Origin: Spirogloea muscicola
Lineage: Eukaryota
Direction: 5' to 3'
Assembly (NCBI GenBank): GCA_009602725.1
Contig: WELB01000008.1
Location: 1,168,720-1,232,719, forward strand
DNA: 64,000 nucleotides
In this document: positions 19,675 through 31,440 of the stretch, piece by piece
Numbering within the stretch: position 1 is the stretch's first letter
How the letters are laid out: each line of letters starts with the position of its first letter
The notes under the pieces: model-generated
Seen by the model: the letters and a program-made list of their open reading frames with translations, nothing else
The model's database searches: none
Told to the model about the DNA's origin: nothing
Position numbers and translations under genes: made by a program

Positions 19675-20050
19675 AAGAAAGCGGCTGCTGATATGAAAGA
19701 ATCGGCTGTGAAATGCCAGCCAGATGCATACAGGTGTTCATGACGGAGCCAAAGGCTAGGCAGACTGGGCGCCCTCAATACCCCCGGGTCAGCAGTAGGA
19801 AGTCAGATGAGCTGAGGGGAGGAAGAGCAACCCCGCTGCGCAAGCCAGAGGCTGCTGCAAGGGCGCGACCAGCGCGGCGGTGCAAAGCAAGCGCTTGGGA
19901 GCGCTGCAGGGACATAGACAGTCGCATACGGTAGCAGGACACCAGACCCAAAGGCACCGAGCCACCGGGAAGGGCAGCACCCCGCCGGGTGGTCCTTGTA
20001 CTTGTGCACGGGGAGTCGAGCCCCAGGAACCCTACAAGTCGACAACCCTC
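19675..20050 (-). mobile_element. RLE retrotransposon 3' fragment filling most of the RECQ/DHHC divergent intergenic region
   Basis: Frameshifted peptides 'HKYKDHPAG..LPFPVA..LGAFGS' and 'RMRLSMSLQRSQALALHRRAGRALAAASG...SSDFLLLTRGY*' (stop 19775). These are followed by a ~100 bp UTR ending in the gcatctggctggcatttcacagcc...cagcagccgctttc module. Confidence 0.78.
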
Positions 20051-20059
20051 CCTAACACA

Positions 20060-20096
<37 letters not shown>

Positions 20097-20106
20097 TACC
20101 GCCGCC

Positions 20107-22887
20107 ATGGGCGCGGCGGTCGTGCTGGCGGCGTATGGGGGCGCCGTCGGCGGCCTGCTGCTGGTGCTGCTCGTCGGCGACGCGCCGGCGCTACACGGCA
20201 CGCCAGTGCACTGGTGCCACCGCTGGCTCACTGCCGGCGCCTGCGAGGCGCTCGAGTGAGAGCCCCCACGCACCGCGCCCCGCCACCTGGCCCAGCGGCT
20301 TCCTTACCGCGGCGGCTCGGGGCCTTCGGCCGGCGCCGCGGCGGCTGCCGCCGAGCTGGCTTGCCGGCGGGCTCTCGTGGGCTAACGCTCTGGCGGCGGC
20401 GGCGGTGGCGGCGGCGGCAGGCGCGCGATGGGGCTGGCGTGCGGCCAGGCGGGGCTGGACGTCTATGGCGCCACGGCGACGTGGTGCTGCGACCGCCCCA
20501 ACCCACTGATGCAGGTCCGCTGCTCCCGGCCCCCACTTTCACCGTCGGGCCTGCCTTCCCAGTGGCCAGTCAGTGACCCCAGGCTGTCGCAACGGCCACG
20601 AGGCGAATGCGAGCTCGCTCGTTACGCAGCCACGGCCTTGGCGACTCCTGCGACGGCAGCGGCCCCTTACTGGGACCCCCGACGACGAGGCTGGCCCTGG
20701 CCCTCGCTCATCCTCTTGACATGAGTGCGCCTGTCATGTAGCTCTTCTACCTGGTGCTGCTGGCTGGCGGCTACGCGGCCTTTGGGCAGGCGTGCTTCGC
20801 CCGCATCCCCGGCCCCTACATCTCGTCCATTCACAGGTGATGCCTCCTTCTCGACAATTACGATGTGGCAAGCAAGGGAAGAGGTATGTCTCTGCCTGCG
20901 TAAATGATAGTCAGGACAGGCTCTGCATAGCTGTGGCGAGGCCACAGCAATGAGCTGCTGCTCCTTGGGAGAACCCACGCGAGCGCGGATGCGCGGCATC
21001 TCATTTGTATGGGCAGCTACGCTGCACCAGTCGTCGTCCTCGTCGGACTGGCGCTCTTCTTCGCCACCTGCTTTTCCGACCCCGGTTGCGTCACACCCAC
21101 CAACGTTGCCGGGCACCTCCAGACCTACCCTTACGACGGCATCATATACAACCCCAAGTTTTGTGAGACCTGCCGACTGCAAAGGTGAGGCTCAAGCTGC
21201 AGTTGGCAAGTTTTAGCTTGAGCCCCATGACGTCATCGCTGTGGGGCTGCGGGCGCCTCTGCCACGCTTGCCCAAGGTGTCGCTCTGCAATAGTACAGGC
21301 AAGGACTAGAGGTCTCGCCAGGACGCAACTCAGGAAGGACCGGCCAGCTAATCCCCGGCTCTGGTGCAGACCGGCGAGGTCCAAACATTGCAGCATCTGC
21401 GACCGCTGTGTTGCACGATTTGATCACCACTGCGGTTGGATGGTATATCACCCAGTTGTGACTTGATGGGACCTCAGCCACATCGCCCATAGTCATTGCA
21501 TAGGCTGTTGTTCATGAAGGCATGCCTGGTAGCAAGATAGAGGCCTTGTGCTTGCAGACGTCAAGTCTAAGAGGTGTCCAGGTCCTTTGAGCCTGGCTGA
21601 GTATGCTGACTGTCTTGGCTGTAGTAGGCCTGACATCGCTCTTGTCCTGCCCGCAGAACAACTGCATTGGTGAAAACAACATTCGCTTCTTCCTTGCCTT
21701 CCTGATGTGGTGAGTAACATTGCTGTTGTGACAATCACCGATAGTGAGCTGAACTGCCTATCTTGCAGTGGTGAAGGCTCTGAAGTAGGCCTGCTCTAAT
21801 TGAACCATTGCTATCACTGGACGAGGTCACACTGACAGCCTCTGAGCTTGCAGGCACTGCATTATATGCTGGTACGGCGCATATATCCTTGGATGCGTCT
21901 TTGCTGGTGAGGTTCAGGAGCGGCACTTGCTGGACGCTCTGAAAGGTGGGCTCTTTGTGTGTGCACTCTGCAGTTGCAGTCATTTGAGCAATGCTGCATG
22001 CATGGATGAAATAATGCTGGACAAGCCGTCACTGTTTTTTCAGGTCACCACCAAGTGCCAAGAATGGCGATCAAAGAGTGGCTTCCGCAGGTCACGCAGG
22101 TGAGATTTGCAATCCAAGATGCACGCCCATCCTTGTCTGTGCCAACATTGAGGAGGCCGACAGATAGTAATCAGAAGGCTGTCTTGTTGCACTTGGTTGC
22201 AAGTGCTAAGAAGTAAATATTCTGAGCCGAAGAGGGAAATCCTCAGTTGACTAGTTGTCAAGCTGACCTGCTAACAGTGGCGATGCAGTGGCTGCTGCAC
22301 TACTTCGCCATGCCTATGATGCTGCTAATTTTCTCCATGGTAGTGTCGGTGCTCGTTGTGAGCTTCCTCTGCTACCACTTGTACTTAGTAGTTACCAACA
22401 CAACAACGAATGAGGTACGTGCTCCACGTGGTGCAGCTTTGAGAATATCGAGCCCGTAACTGCTTGAAGAAGCTCAGGAATGACATAAGGAGGAGCAGCA
22501 CAACTTGCAACTTCAGCTACTCTCTGAATGCACAAGCTCCTCGCTTGCCAAGTGGCGACTGTGGAAGTTTGAGGACTCGAAATGCTCCGGCCTTTGGCGC
22601 AGATGTACAAATGGGACGATTATCGCCGCTGGCAAGCTAGCAAGATCGCGGCAGCGACAGCAGCTCGTGTGGAAGTGGACAGCGATGCGCAGTCAAAGGT
22701 ACAATGGCCATGGAATATTTTCAAGCGAGGCAGCCAGGTCGGTGGAGCGCTGCTTTCCAGTCTCTTCTGGTGGACTCAATCATCACATCGGCCTGGGTCC
22801 AGTAATGTGACCAGAAATTTGTACAACAGAGGTGTCATGGCCAATGTGGCGGAAATCATGTGGCCCTTGTCCACAAGAAAACGATGA
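20107..22887 (+). CDS. DHHC protein S-acyltransferase (PAT17/SWF1-like), multi-exon
   Basis: [97 protein letters not shown]. Confidence 0.93.
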
Positions 22888-23599
22888 GAAACATATAACG
22901 CCGTTACCTTGATGTGGCTGTGAGCACAACAGCATGCGTGCTTGATCAGCAGTCTCTCAGGTCCAAGGAGGCAAAAGAGGCAAGCAGGCTGCTCCTGGCT
23001 GCATGAGCATTGCGGTCGTAGATGTTGTGCAGCCTGCGCTTGTGGAGAAATGTCCGGCCATCCAGAAGCGCTGCTGCAACGCCAGGTTACAAGTACAAAG
23101 AAATTGCAAAGATGAAAGTAGGAGAGGGAAAGAGGATAGACAGGCATGATTACAATCACGTCTGTGCTCACCAAGCCAAAGGAGACTGATTGGGGCGCTT
23201 GAGAAGGGCAAGTACTGATGCCTTCAAAACAATTGAAGGCCCTGGCGGCTCAAAGGATAGCAGATAGATATGGGCTTTGTGGGGGGCCAACCGTGCCCTT
23301 GGAGGCTGTCTAGAGCTACCCCGGCTTGCTCAAGTGGCCGTCAAATCCTCACAAGTGCGTTTCCATCTGAGTAGGAAGCATATCCACATCTGATAGGGAA
23401 GAAACGCAGTAAGCACTGTGTAAGAAAGCAGTGTTGTGATAAAAGGTGGGTGAAGAACAGCTCGGTAGCAGCCACGACAACAACACCTGGAAGCAAATCT
23501 GGAGGCGGCGCTGCTGCAACAGCTGAGCAGTGAGGGCAGGAAGTTGGAGAGAGCCATTTTAGGCCAGCAAGCACATCCAGCGCCACTGTGCTGACTGGG

Positions 23600-24790
23600 A
23601 CACCCTAGGACCTTAGGCCTTGTAGACCTTGTCCATTACTCCATTTTGTCATACCTTTGGGCTGGCCTCTCACAGCATCGCCCCTTTGAAAATACTTCTC
23701 TCAGTGCACTTGCAATGCACTTGCTGGCAAGCTGCGATTGCGCGCTATGCGCATAAACCGAAATGGAGGCCAATCCGAGCCTTACAGACCCAAGAGAAAG
23801 ACGCTCTTCCAAAGGGGACGAGGGCTGTGAACAGCTAGCCCGTACAAGTTGATGAGGTCCGAAAGGGCCGCAAAGTGCTGAAGGACACTACTAAGCAAGG
23901 ACCATGAAGACAAATCACTTAGTAGTAGCCTCTACTTAGTAGCCGCAACTCAGGAAGACGCCGGGAAGCAATTCCCTTGACGAAAGCCAGAGGCTGCAGC
24001 TAGAGCACGGCCAGCACGCAGATGCAAGGCGTGGGCCATGGACCGCTGGAGGGATTTGGACAGGCGCAAGCGAAACACCTGCGCCAGCAGAGCCAGCGGC
24101 GTTGAAGTCGGCCTGCTCGCCCAGCCCGAAAGAAATTTCGTGTATTTGAAACAAACGAAGGCCAAAGGCCAAGTATAAAGGCAAGCACATCTGAAGACCT
24201 ACATAATCTACAGCAAAGTGACCCGCTCAGTAACCACGGGTCAAAACATAAAGGTCGCTAATCGATGCCTGAATACTAGATGTCAGATACGAAGCCCTTC
24301 TGCCACCAACTAGAGCTCGGCCAGCTTTCTGGTGCAAGGCATTAGCCCGAGCACGCTGCAAACGGGCCGAAACACGTCGTCGCAAGAAAGACAGATATGT
24401 AGCTGGCAAGCCCAACTCAACCGGAAACACATCTGCACGACGTGTGTAGCCTAGATTGGCAATGTTTTGGAGGAGGGTGTGGAAACGAGGACCCAGACAA
24501 CCAAAGACGTCGATTGCCGCTGGCAGGAGCTGATCGCATTGCCAATCTGCAGCTTTCTTTGTTCTGCAACGAAAGAGAGAAGGCGCGCGGTGCGCATGAG
24601 ATTGCATGGGAGGCCAATTCTAGCCTTACAAATGTCCTGTTGACTGGGTAACGAGCTGGCTAAGAAGATAGTGCTCGTGCTAAGGGGGACACTGATGTCC
24701 CCGAGTGAGCACATGCATATCTGACAAGCTATACTGAGGCGCCAAGCCACCACCACGGAAGCCACTAGCCTGGGCTACTGCACGCCTGTA
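23600..24790. mobile_element. Stack of RLE retrotransposon 3' fragments upstream of the uncharacterised gene at 25486
   Basis: ORF 24227-24607(-): 'LLPAAIDVFGCLGPRFHTLL...LSFLRRRVSARLQRARANALHQKAGRALVGG...SISDLYVLTRGY*'. ORF ~23950(-): 'RLRLSKSLQRSMAHALHLRAGRALAAASG'. Shared terminal modules at ~23660, ~24120 and ~24575. Confidence 0.8.
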
Positions 24791-25485
24791 ATGAGCGCTG
24801 TAGACTCAATGGCTTTGGCCCGAAAAAAAGGGCCAAATCCGCCCTGCGCCGCGCGGCTGACTCGGCGGCGCTGACGCGGCACCCGCCGCCGCGCAGCCCC
24901 ACCCCGGGCGCGCCGCGGCTGACGAGGACGGCAGCGGTGACCACCTGCCAGAAGGCTTTCCAGACGGCCTCCTCCCATCAACAGACCCCACCGTCGGCCA
25001 CCCCCCTGCCGGATTGCCCCCCCCCCCCNCCTGCGCCGCGCGGCTGACTCGGCGGCGCTGACGCGGCACCCGCCGCCGCGCAGCCCCACCCCGGGCGCGC
25101 CGCGGCTGACGAGGACGGCAGCGGTGACCGCCGCCGGCGGCGTCGCCGCCCCGGCCGCGGGCGAGGGCGCAGCCTCTCCGCCGGTCGCCCGGCCCCCTGG
25201 CTCTCAGCAGGTCCGTGCACCGACGCTCCCGGCTGCCGTTGTGCGACGTCGGGGACCCCTCGCCCGACCGCCTTGCGCCGTTGCCGCCGCCTGCCAGGCC
25301 TGCATTGCCGCTCGGGCTAGCGCCCTGCCCTTGCTCTCACCGTCTGGTACCCCACTTTGTGTTGTGGCGGCCGGGTATTATCTCTCTCACTATGCGCGCC
25401 ATTTGCTGCAAGAGCGATCGGCGGCCCTTGGTCTGGCTGGTGCTCACATTGCTTCGAAGCTGGCGTGCCGCATTTGCAGTCGGCA

Positions 25486-28471
25486 ATGGAGGCGGGTCTC
25501 GCAAGTTGCGGCCGGTCGGCGCTCCTGAATGGCGGCTGTGGCCATGGCTCGGCCCTGCCACGCGGAGCCATGGCCCCGGGCAAAGCCCTCGTCCGCAGGA
25601 GCAGGGGCAGGCCGCTACCCGCGGTGGCGGTGGAGAGCCCGGCGGCGGCGCGCGCCAGCTGGGCTGACGCAGGCACCGACGGGCTGCTGCAGCACCTCCG
25701 GCACAGCGGCACCGCTGTACAGGCCCGCCGCGTGCTGCTCGAGGACACCACGTTCGCGCTCGCCAGCCACTTCCGGCGCGGCCAGGTGGCGGACTGCTGG
25801 GTCACCGTGAACAGCGACTCGGATGCCGCGCGGTGCCTCGACCTGGCCGACCGCAGCGCCATGCTCCTCAAGCGCCTGCAGCATTCCCAGGTCCGCCCTT
25901 CCTCTCTTGTGCCGCCTTTGCAGCAGTTTGGTTACCCTATGGCCTGCAGGTTGTCAATTTTTACTGCCATCACTAAGCTGTTGGCAGCAGTGCCTGAACA
26001 AGCTGTGCTCCAGGTCATTACGTGGCAATTTGTCGTGCTCATGCTCAAGTTGTGGTCATAGTGACGAAGCTGCAAATGGGCGCTTGTCACTGCTGCAGCC
26101 ATCAAGGCTGGCACACTGGTTGCTCATGATTCAGTCCGTGACCGCTGTGTGCGACAGGTCTGGTGGGCCTGGATTCCTGTCATTGGCGTCACGGCGCTGC
26201 ACGGGTCCGAGGTTGCAGGTGATGCCAGGGTGATTGCTGATGAGACCGACAGCGGTGATCGCTGCACAAACTGGACGAGGGAGCAGGCCACGCTGTTTCT
26301 CTCGCCAGCCTCCCAGCCACACTCCCAGGTAGGGCAAATCGTGTGTTGTGCTTTGGCCTCTGCTTGTGATTGTCATCTAGTTGCTTCTTTAAGCCTGAGC
26401 AGCAAGGCCTTGCTACTTGGAGATCAGCGCGTGCTCTCATGTACTGACAGCAGCCGTAGTTGCTCGCTTGGGTTGTGGGCCATGCAGAAGGTGGAACTGC
26501 AGAGGCGCCAGCGGCCCCACCCGGCAGCCAAGGCCTCATGGTGGGATCCAGGCTCCATTCCCGAGGACCAGCGGTGGGGCCACGTACTGGCAACCCCGTC
26601 CACTGTCTCTCTGGACATAGCGGGTCTGAGCGGCGTCCTGCTGTGTGCCAAGGATGACCTCGGCGATGGCTGCGGCGGCTGGCGGACCATCAATGTTCCC
26701 ACGCACGGCATACTATCAATCTTCCCGTGCGAGTTCCAGCTCGAGGAGGAGGTGGGGCACACCTCGCTATGCATGCACGCAGAGCCCTCGTCAATAGCTC
26801 ATCAACGATTCTGCACCTATGCCACTATGCGGCTAACAGTTCTGATTCTGTCACCCGAAAACTAGCATGTGAACGAATCTGCAATGGTAAGAAGCCCACA
26901 GTCTCAGCCTGCTGGGTAGCTTGAGGGCTGGCCCTCAGTCCGTTCTGTTGAGCATGCAGGGAATCGAGCCACCAATGATGAGGCCGTGGTGGGCAGCGGT
27001 GCAGCACACAGAATGGGCCGCCGGGCAGGGCTTGGCCGGCCGCCGCGCTCTGGTCTTCGCACGCAGCCTGCGGCGGTCCGGTGACCTGGAGCGCGGGGTG
27101 TGGTGGGCCTGGGTGGAGGGCGTTGGTTTCACGGGCCTCACAAATGCTGAGGTCTCAAAGGGCTGCCGCGACAAGGCACACCTCGGATCATCTGATCACA
27201 TGGCACTCTCCACCCTCATGCTGGCCCGCCAGGCCTGATGCGCAGACTGCACACACCACTTCTTGCACCTTCGGCCTTCTGCTGTACAGCCTGGGGCAAA
27301 GCTTGACAAGAGCTTTGCTTTGCCAGTAGGCACCAGCTGCTCCAGCTGACAGGAATGTGGGATAACTTTCCATACTTGAGTGTACATACTTAGACACCCT
27401 GTACAGAACTCAACATTTGAGTTGCCTGATTTTGTCACATCCATAGGAGCTTGTAGAGAACTTCAGACTTTGGTGCAGCATCCGAGCTGATGGGTTGGCT
27501 GCAGCCCTTGCTGGTGTATTCATGTGTGTCAGATTGCAACACAAAACCTTTCCAGCACTTTGACTTGTCACTCTCTGAGAAGGTGAGGTGGATTTGAGTG
27601 AGGTCCATCTTTGCAGCATGAGCAACCAGGGGCGCTGCCCTGATCTCTACGGCTCACCACACTTGGGCAAGTCGTTTTGCTGCTGTTGCTAAGGGTGTGA
27701 AGGCAATGTACAGAGAGACAAGTAAATTTGCGAGCTCACAGAAGGATGGTGTTGACAATCTTGCAGTGGAAGTAGCCCGCTCTATGGTATGTGCACCAGT
27801 TCTTTGTAAGCCCTTCTCGCTTTTGTTGGGGCCGAGTCTGATACGGCAATTTGTGGCAGCTATCAGAGATAATACTTATTGACTTCGTGGTCCTTGATAC
27901 GAACAATCAGACGAAGAATAGTACCTGGCCTTCATGTGCAACACGATACTCCCGAGCAGGACCTAATGCAGACCTGGGCACGGTACCGGAGCCTTTGTGG
28001 TCAGCTTTGAACCTGCGGACCATGACATTGATTCTTCATGTTGCACTCGCATTCTGGAGCACAGAGAGACCTCTACACTTGGGCCTGACAGCATGCAGGG
28101 AGAGTGTAAGCCCGCATGCTCCAGGCGACCGTGGAGCTCCATCCCAAACTCCATCCGAGCACTTTGCCTCAAGCCAAGAAGCGCAAGCTTTCATTAATAA
28201 GATCGCTCGTCAGTCGCTTGATCTCTTAGGCCTGGTAGGGCGCATGTGCTGCTTTGGCAAAGAACGACCGGCATTTGCAATCTGAGGTGAAGGGGCACCC
28301 TGCTGCGAGCTTGATGATTGCAGGCGCTGAGCAGCTCTGACTTGGCTGCACAACTAGAGTAGTGTCAGACATAGGCATGCATGGATATAAAGCAGCAACA
28401 GCATGCGCCTGCCTGTGCAGGCCGACTCCCACTCTGGAGGTTCAGAGATGTCATGCATATGTACCGGATAG
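25486..28471 (+). CDS. Uncharacterised Trp-rich protein, multi-exon
   Basis: GT-AG exons that join in frame (~25486-25890, 26158-26327, 26488-26751, 26959-27151, ~27694-27786, ~27960-27999, ~28125-28234, ~28421-28471); GC-rich first exon; no recognisable domain. Confidence 0.6.
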
Positions 28472-28689
28472 TGCAAGACGAGCAGGAGGAGGTAGACAGT
28501 ACACACGCTGCCTACTTCTAAGTGCTGGGGTTTCCAGAGGCTGCAGCAACTAAACGGGAGATGTAAAGCTATGATGCACGATGCCCTGTCAATACCTCTC
28601 CAGTCATCTGCTGCGCTGGTATATCACACACACTTTGACTGCTTGAAACCTTGACACATACTGCATAATATATGCGAATCTTGGTAGAA

Positions 28690-30150
28690 TTATTGCTTGG
28701 GGCTCTCGTTGTCCTGATCTAAAGACCGCCCGTAGATGAGGACCTTGCGATCCGTGCCTTCCACCTCGCCGGCAAATAGCTCTGCAAGATCCTGCCTAAG
28801 GCTCCCACCTAAGGTCTTTGCTGGCAAACCCATCTGGGGGTCTAACCAGTCTGCATCCCGTAGGTCGAACACAACCCGGAATCGGTGCTCCCTCCTGGAC
28901 GCAAAGACCAGCGCAGCAGCCACTACATCTGAAGAGCTTGCGAGCACCCCAACGACAAGTCTAGCAGGTGTTCTCTGCATGAGGAGTACGCCACAGGACT
29001 TCGTCTCTGGCCCCTCACTTGTCTGATGCCCAGAGTGGCTCGACAAAACCCACGCTCTCCGGTCGGCAAGTGCCTCAGCAACAAGCCTGCCTCGAAGAGG
29101 CCAGGCCTCAAAGAACATGGGAAGCCAAGGGAGAGCCAGCAGGCACGAGAGCTGGCTCTGCTCGCTCCGCTCAGCAGTCGCCAACTCAATCGGAGCATCA
29201 CATGTTCTGCTTGGCCAGGAGAGCCCTTCTTTGTTGCCATTGATATCGCGGCCCTGAGGACCTGACCAACAAGCCCTGCAAGCGGCTACTGCACCTTCCA
29301 GCGCGTCTAAGCGCTCGCACTGCACCCACTGATCTGCTAATATTCTCGCAGGTTCAGATGTCTCCAACCAGGGCACGCCTGCAGCAGCCAACATGCTGCA
29401 GCTTTGAGTGCCTGCCACATCCGCTGCATCGAGGGCGTTGATCCTTGCAACCACATCTGACCGTGGCCACAAATGGCACCCACCAATGAAGGCATAGCCC
29501 TGTGAGCAAGCGAGCAGTGTCTCAGGTAAAAATGGAAGGAGCGAAAGAGGGCAATGACCACCTATGTACCCTTAGAGACGACCTGCATGCTATCTTCTTT
29601 GAAGCCCATAACAGCAGACTCTGCGACGCAACCAGCTCAACGTGCTCCCGACGAGGCAGCAACTTATAGGGCAAGCAATGGCCCGTGATTCACAGCAGCA
29701 GGGCAATTGCAGGCGGCGGGCTAAGCATGCCGCCGGTAGGGGACAAGATCCATCACGGATCGCCAGTGGCAGAGAGCGCCTCACTTGTGCGCAGGCGGTG
29801 AGCTCACAGTTGTCCCGGCAGAGGTCCGCCAGCGGCTCGCGGTCCCTGGCGTGCTCGTAGGGCCTGGCGACGAGGACGAGGCCGTTGACGGCGAGCGGGG
29901 CGGCCCACTTGCCGCCGCCCCGACGCGCGGCGCACTGCAGGACGCGCAGGAGGCCCGGGACGACGGCCCCGCCCAGCGCCGCGGCCGGCTGGGCGAGGGC
30001 GTCCCAGCCGGCGCCGGCGTGAAGCAGCGCGTCCGCCATGACTCGCTCGCCAGCCCTGGCTCGCGCGAGGAGCTCGGGGCGACTCACGGGAATGACGGTG
30101 GCCGCAGCGCCGCCATGGCGGCGCTCGTTGCACTGGAGGAGCAGCTCGTA
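28690..30150 (-). CDS. Uncharacterised protein, weakly GNAT acetyltransferase-like; start codon uncertain
   Basis: Exons ~30150-29786, 29620-29570 and 29499-28690 join in frame. The motifs ALDAADVAG, AAGVPWLETSEP and VGVLASSSDVVAAAL...VVFDL loosely resemble GNAT folds. Confidence 0.5.
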
Positions 30151-30184
30151 CTGCCAGCCCGGGAACAATGGAGTGTGCTGAGTG

Positions 30185-31440
30185 ATAGTATGTATGTATC
30201 TGGCTGGCTTTTTACAGCCGATTTTTTCCATATCAGCAGCCGCTTTCTTCTTGTGATAGAGGGCCTAAGTGGTTAAGTAGCAAGGCAAGTACATCGACAG
30301 ATGTACACCACCTGCTGCTGAGCTGACCCGCTCAGTGACCACGAATCAGCACGCAATGGCCACGAACTGATGCCCAAATACCGGACGGCAAATGCCAAGC
30401 CCTACTGCCACAAGCCCTTCAGACCTTGTCCATTCCTTTTGGGCTGGCCTCTCACAGCCAGTCAATCTGGCCGCTCGCCTTTTGTTCTGCCACCAACTAA
30501 AGACAAGAAAGTAAAGGACGCAACTGAAGGATGCAGAACATGAGCCTGAGCTCGCTGCAAACAGGCTGTCACACGACGGCGTAAAAATGACAACAGTGCT
30601 GCCGGCATGCCCATCTTGGCTAGGAGCACATCCTCACATCGTCCAAATCCTAGACTGGCATTTTCTCAAGTAGGTGTGAAAGCGAGAACCCAGGCAAAGG
30701 TGTCAACTGCGGCTGGTATGAGGTCACTGCTGCGGGGGTAGTCAGAGTAGTGCTGCAGCTTTCTCTGCTCAGCACTGCCCACTGCATGGCCAGCTATGTG
30801 GGTCGATGCTGAACTCTTGTACGCCTCCGTCACAACCACATCGGTCAAGGCTCCTGGACCTCTGCCAGCTTGAAAACCCACATTGTCTAGGGTGCGACGG
30901 TGATGGCGTCCCTAAGCGTCCGTGGTGACAGGCATGATGATGTTCATCTCCACAAAAGCGCGTCAACAGGCATCAGGCATCAAGTCCCGCCAGGGCCATC
31001 TCGTTGGAAATTGTCATCGCCCACCAATTCGGGGCGAGGTGGGCAATCCCAGAATTTGCGTAGCGAGGTCTCCGCCTCCTCATGCAAGCCGCAATTACAC
31101 TGATGGACTCCGATCAGGCAGGTGGGGGGCAGGCCATGGCACAAATTGAAGGAGGGTCTGATAGGCCTTGGGGCGGATCTCGAAGGGTTTGTGATGGCAT
31201 GGGTAGAGAAGGACCAAGGCGCGGCTGCTGATCTAAAGCGGTGGCACTTTGATTCAGCACTGAGAGGAGATTCAGAGTGCATCTACACATTGCCGGAGCT
31301 GCAGGCTGGGCAAGTAGGGCCCACTCGTCTCACAGTCCTCGCCTCCTTCGAAAGAAGAAAGGGCCGTTGATTCTACTCAGTAACCCAGTGCCAGCAGGAA
31401 GTCAGCCAAGTAACAAAGAAAGGGTCTCAGGGCCAACGGT
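30185..31440 (-). mobile_element. Longest degenerate RLE non-LTR retrotransposon fragment (zinc knuckle + endonuclease + 3' UTR) with nested 3'-end modules
   Basis: Frameshifted minus-strand peptides: 'RFRSAAAPWS...LCHGLPPTCLIGVHQCNCG...FWDCP' (decayed CCHC knuckle), then 'AFVEMNII...RRTLDNV...ALTDVVVT...GHAVGSAEQRKLQHY...LIPAAVDTF' (PD-(D/E)xK-type nuclease), then 'LSFLRRRV.ACLQRAQAH'. ORF ends at ~30331. A further 'ADFLLALGY*' end lies at ~31377. Confidence 0.82.

Noticed and set aside
24843..25129. Perfect ~98 bp duplication (24843-24941 and 25030-25129)
   Set aside because: The second copy starts right after a poly-C run and a single N, so it is most likely a contig-join artefact.
30900..30966. 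'CGDEHHHACHHG' as the element zinc knuckle
   Set aside because: Off-frame. The knuckle-like CNCG...C lies further 5' and this segment reads better as AFVEMNII.
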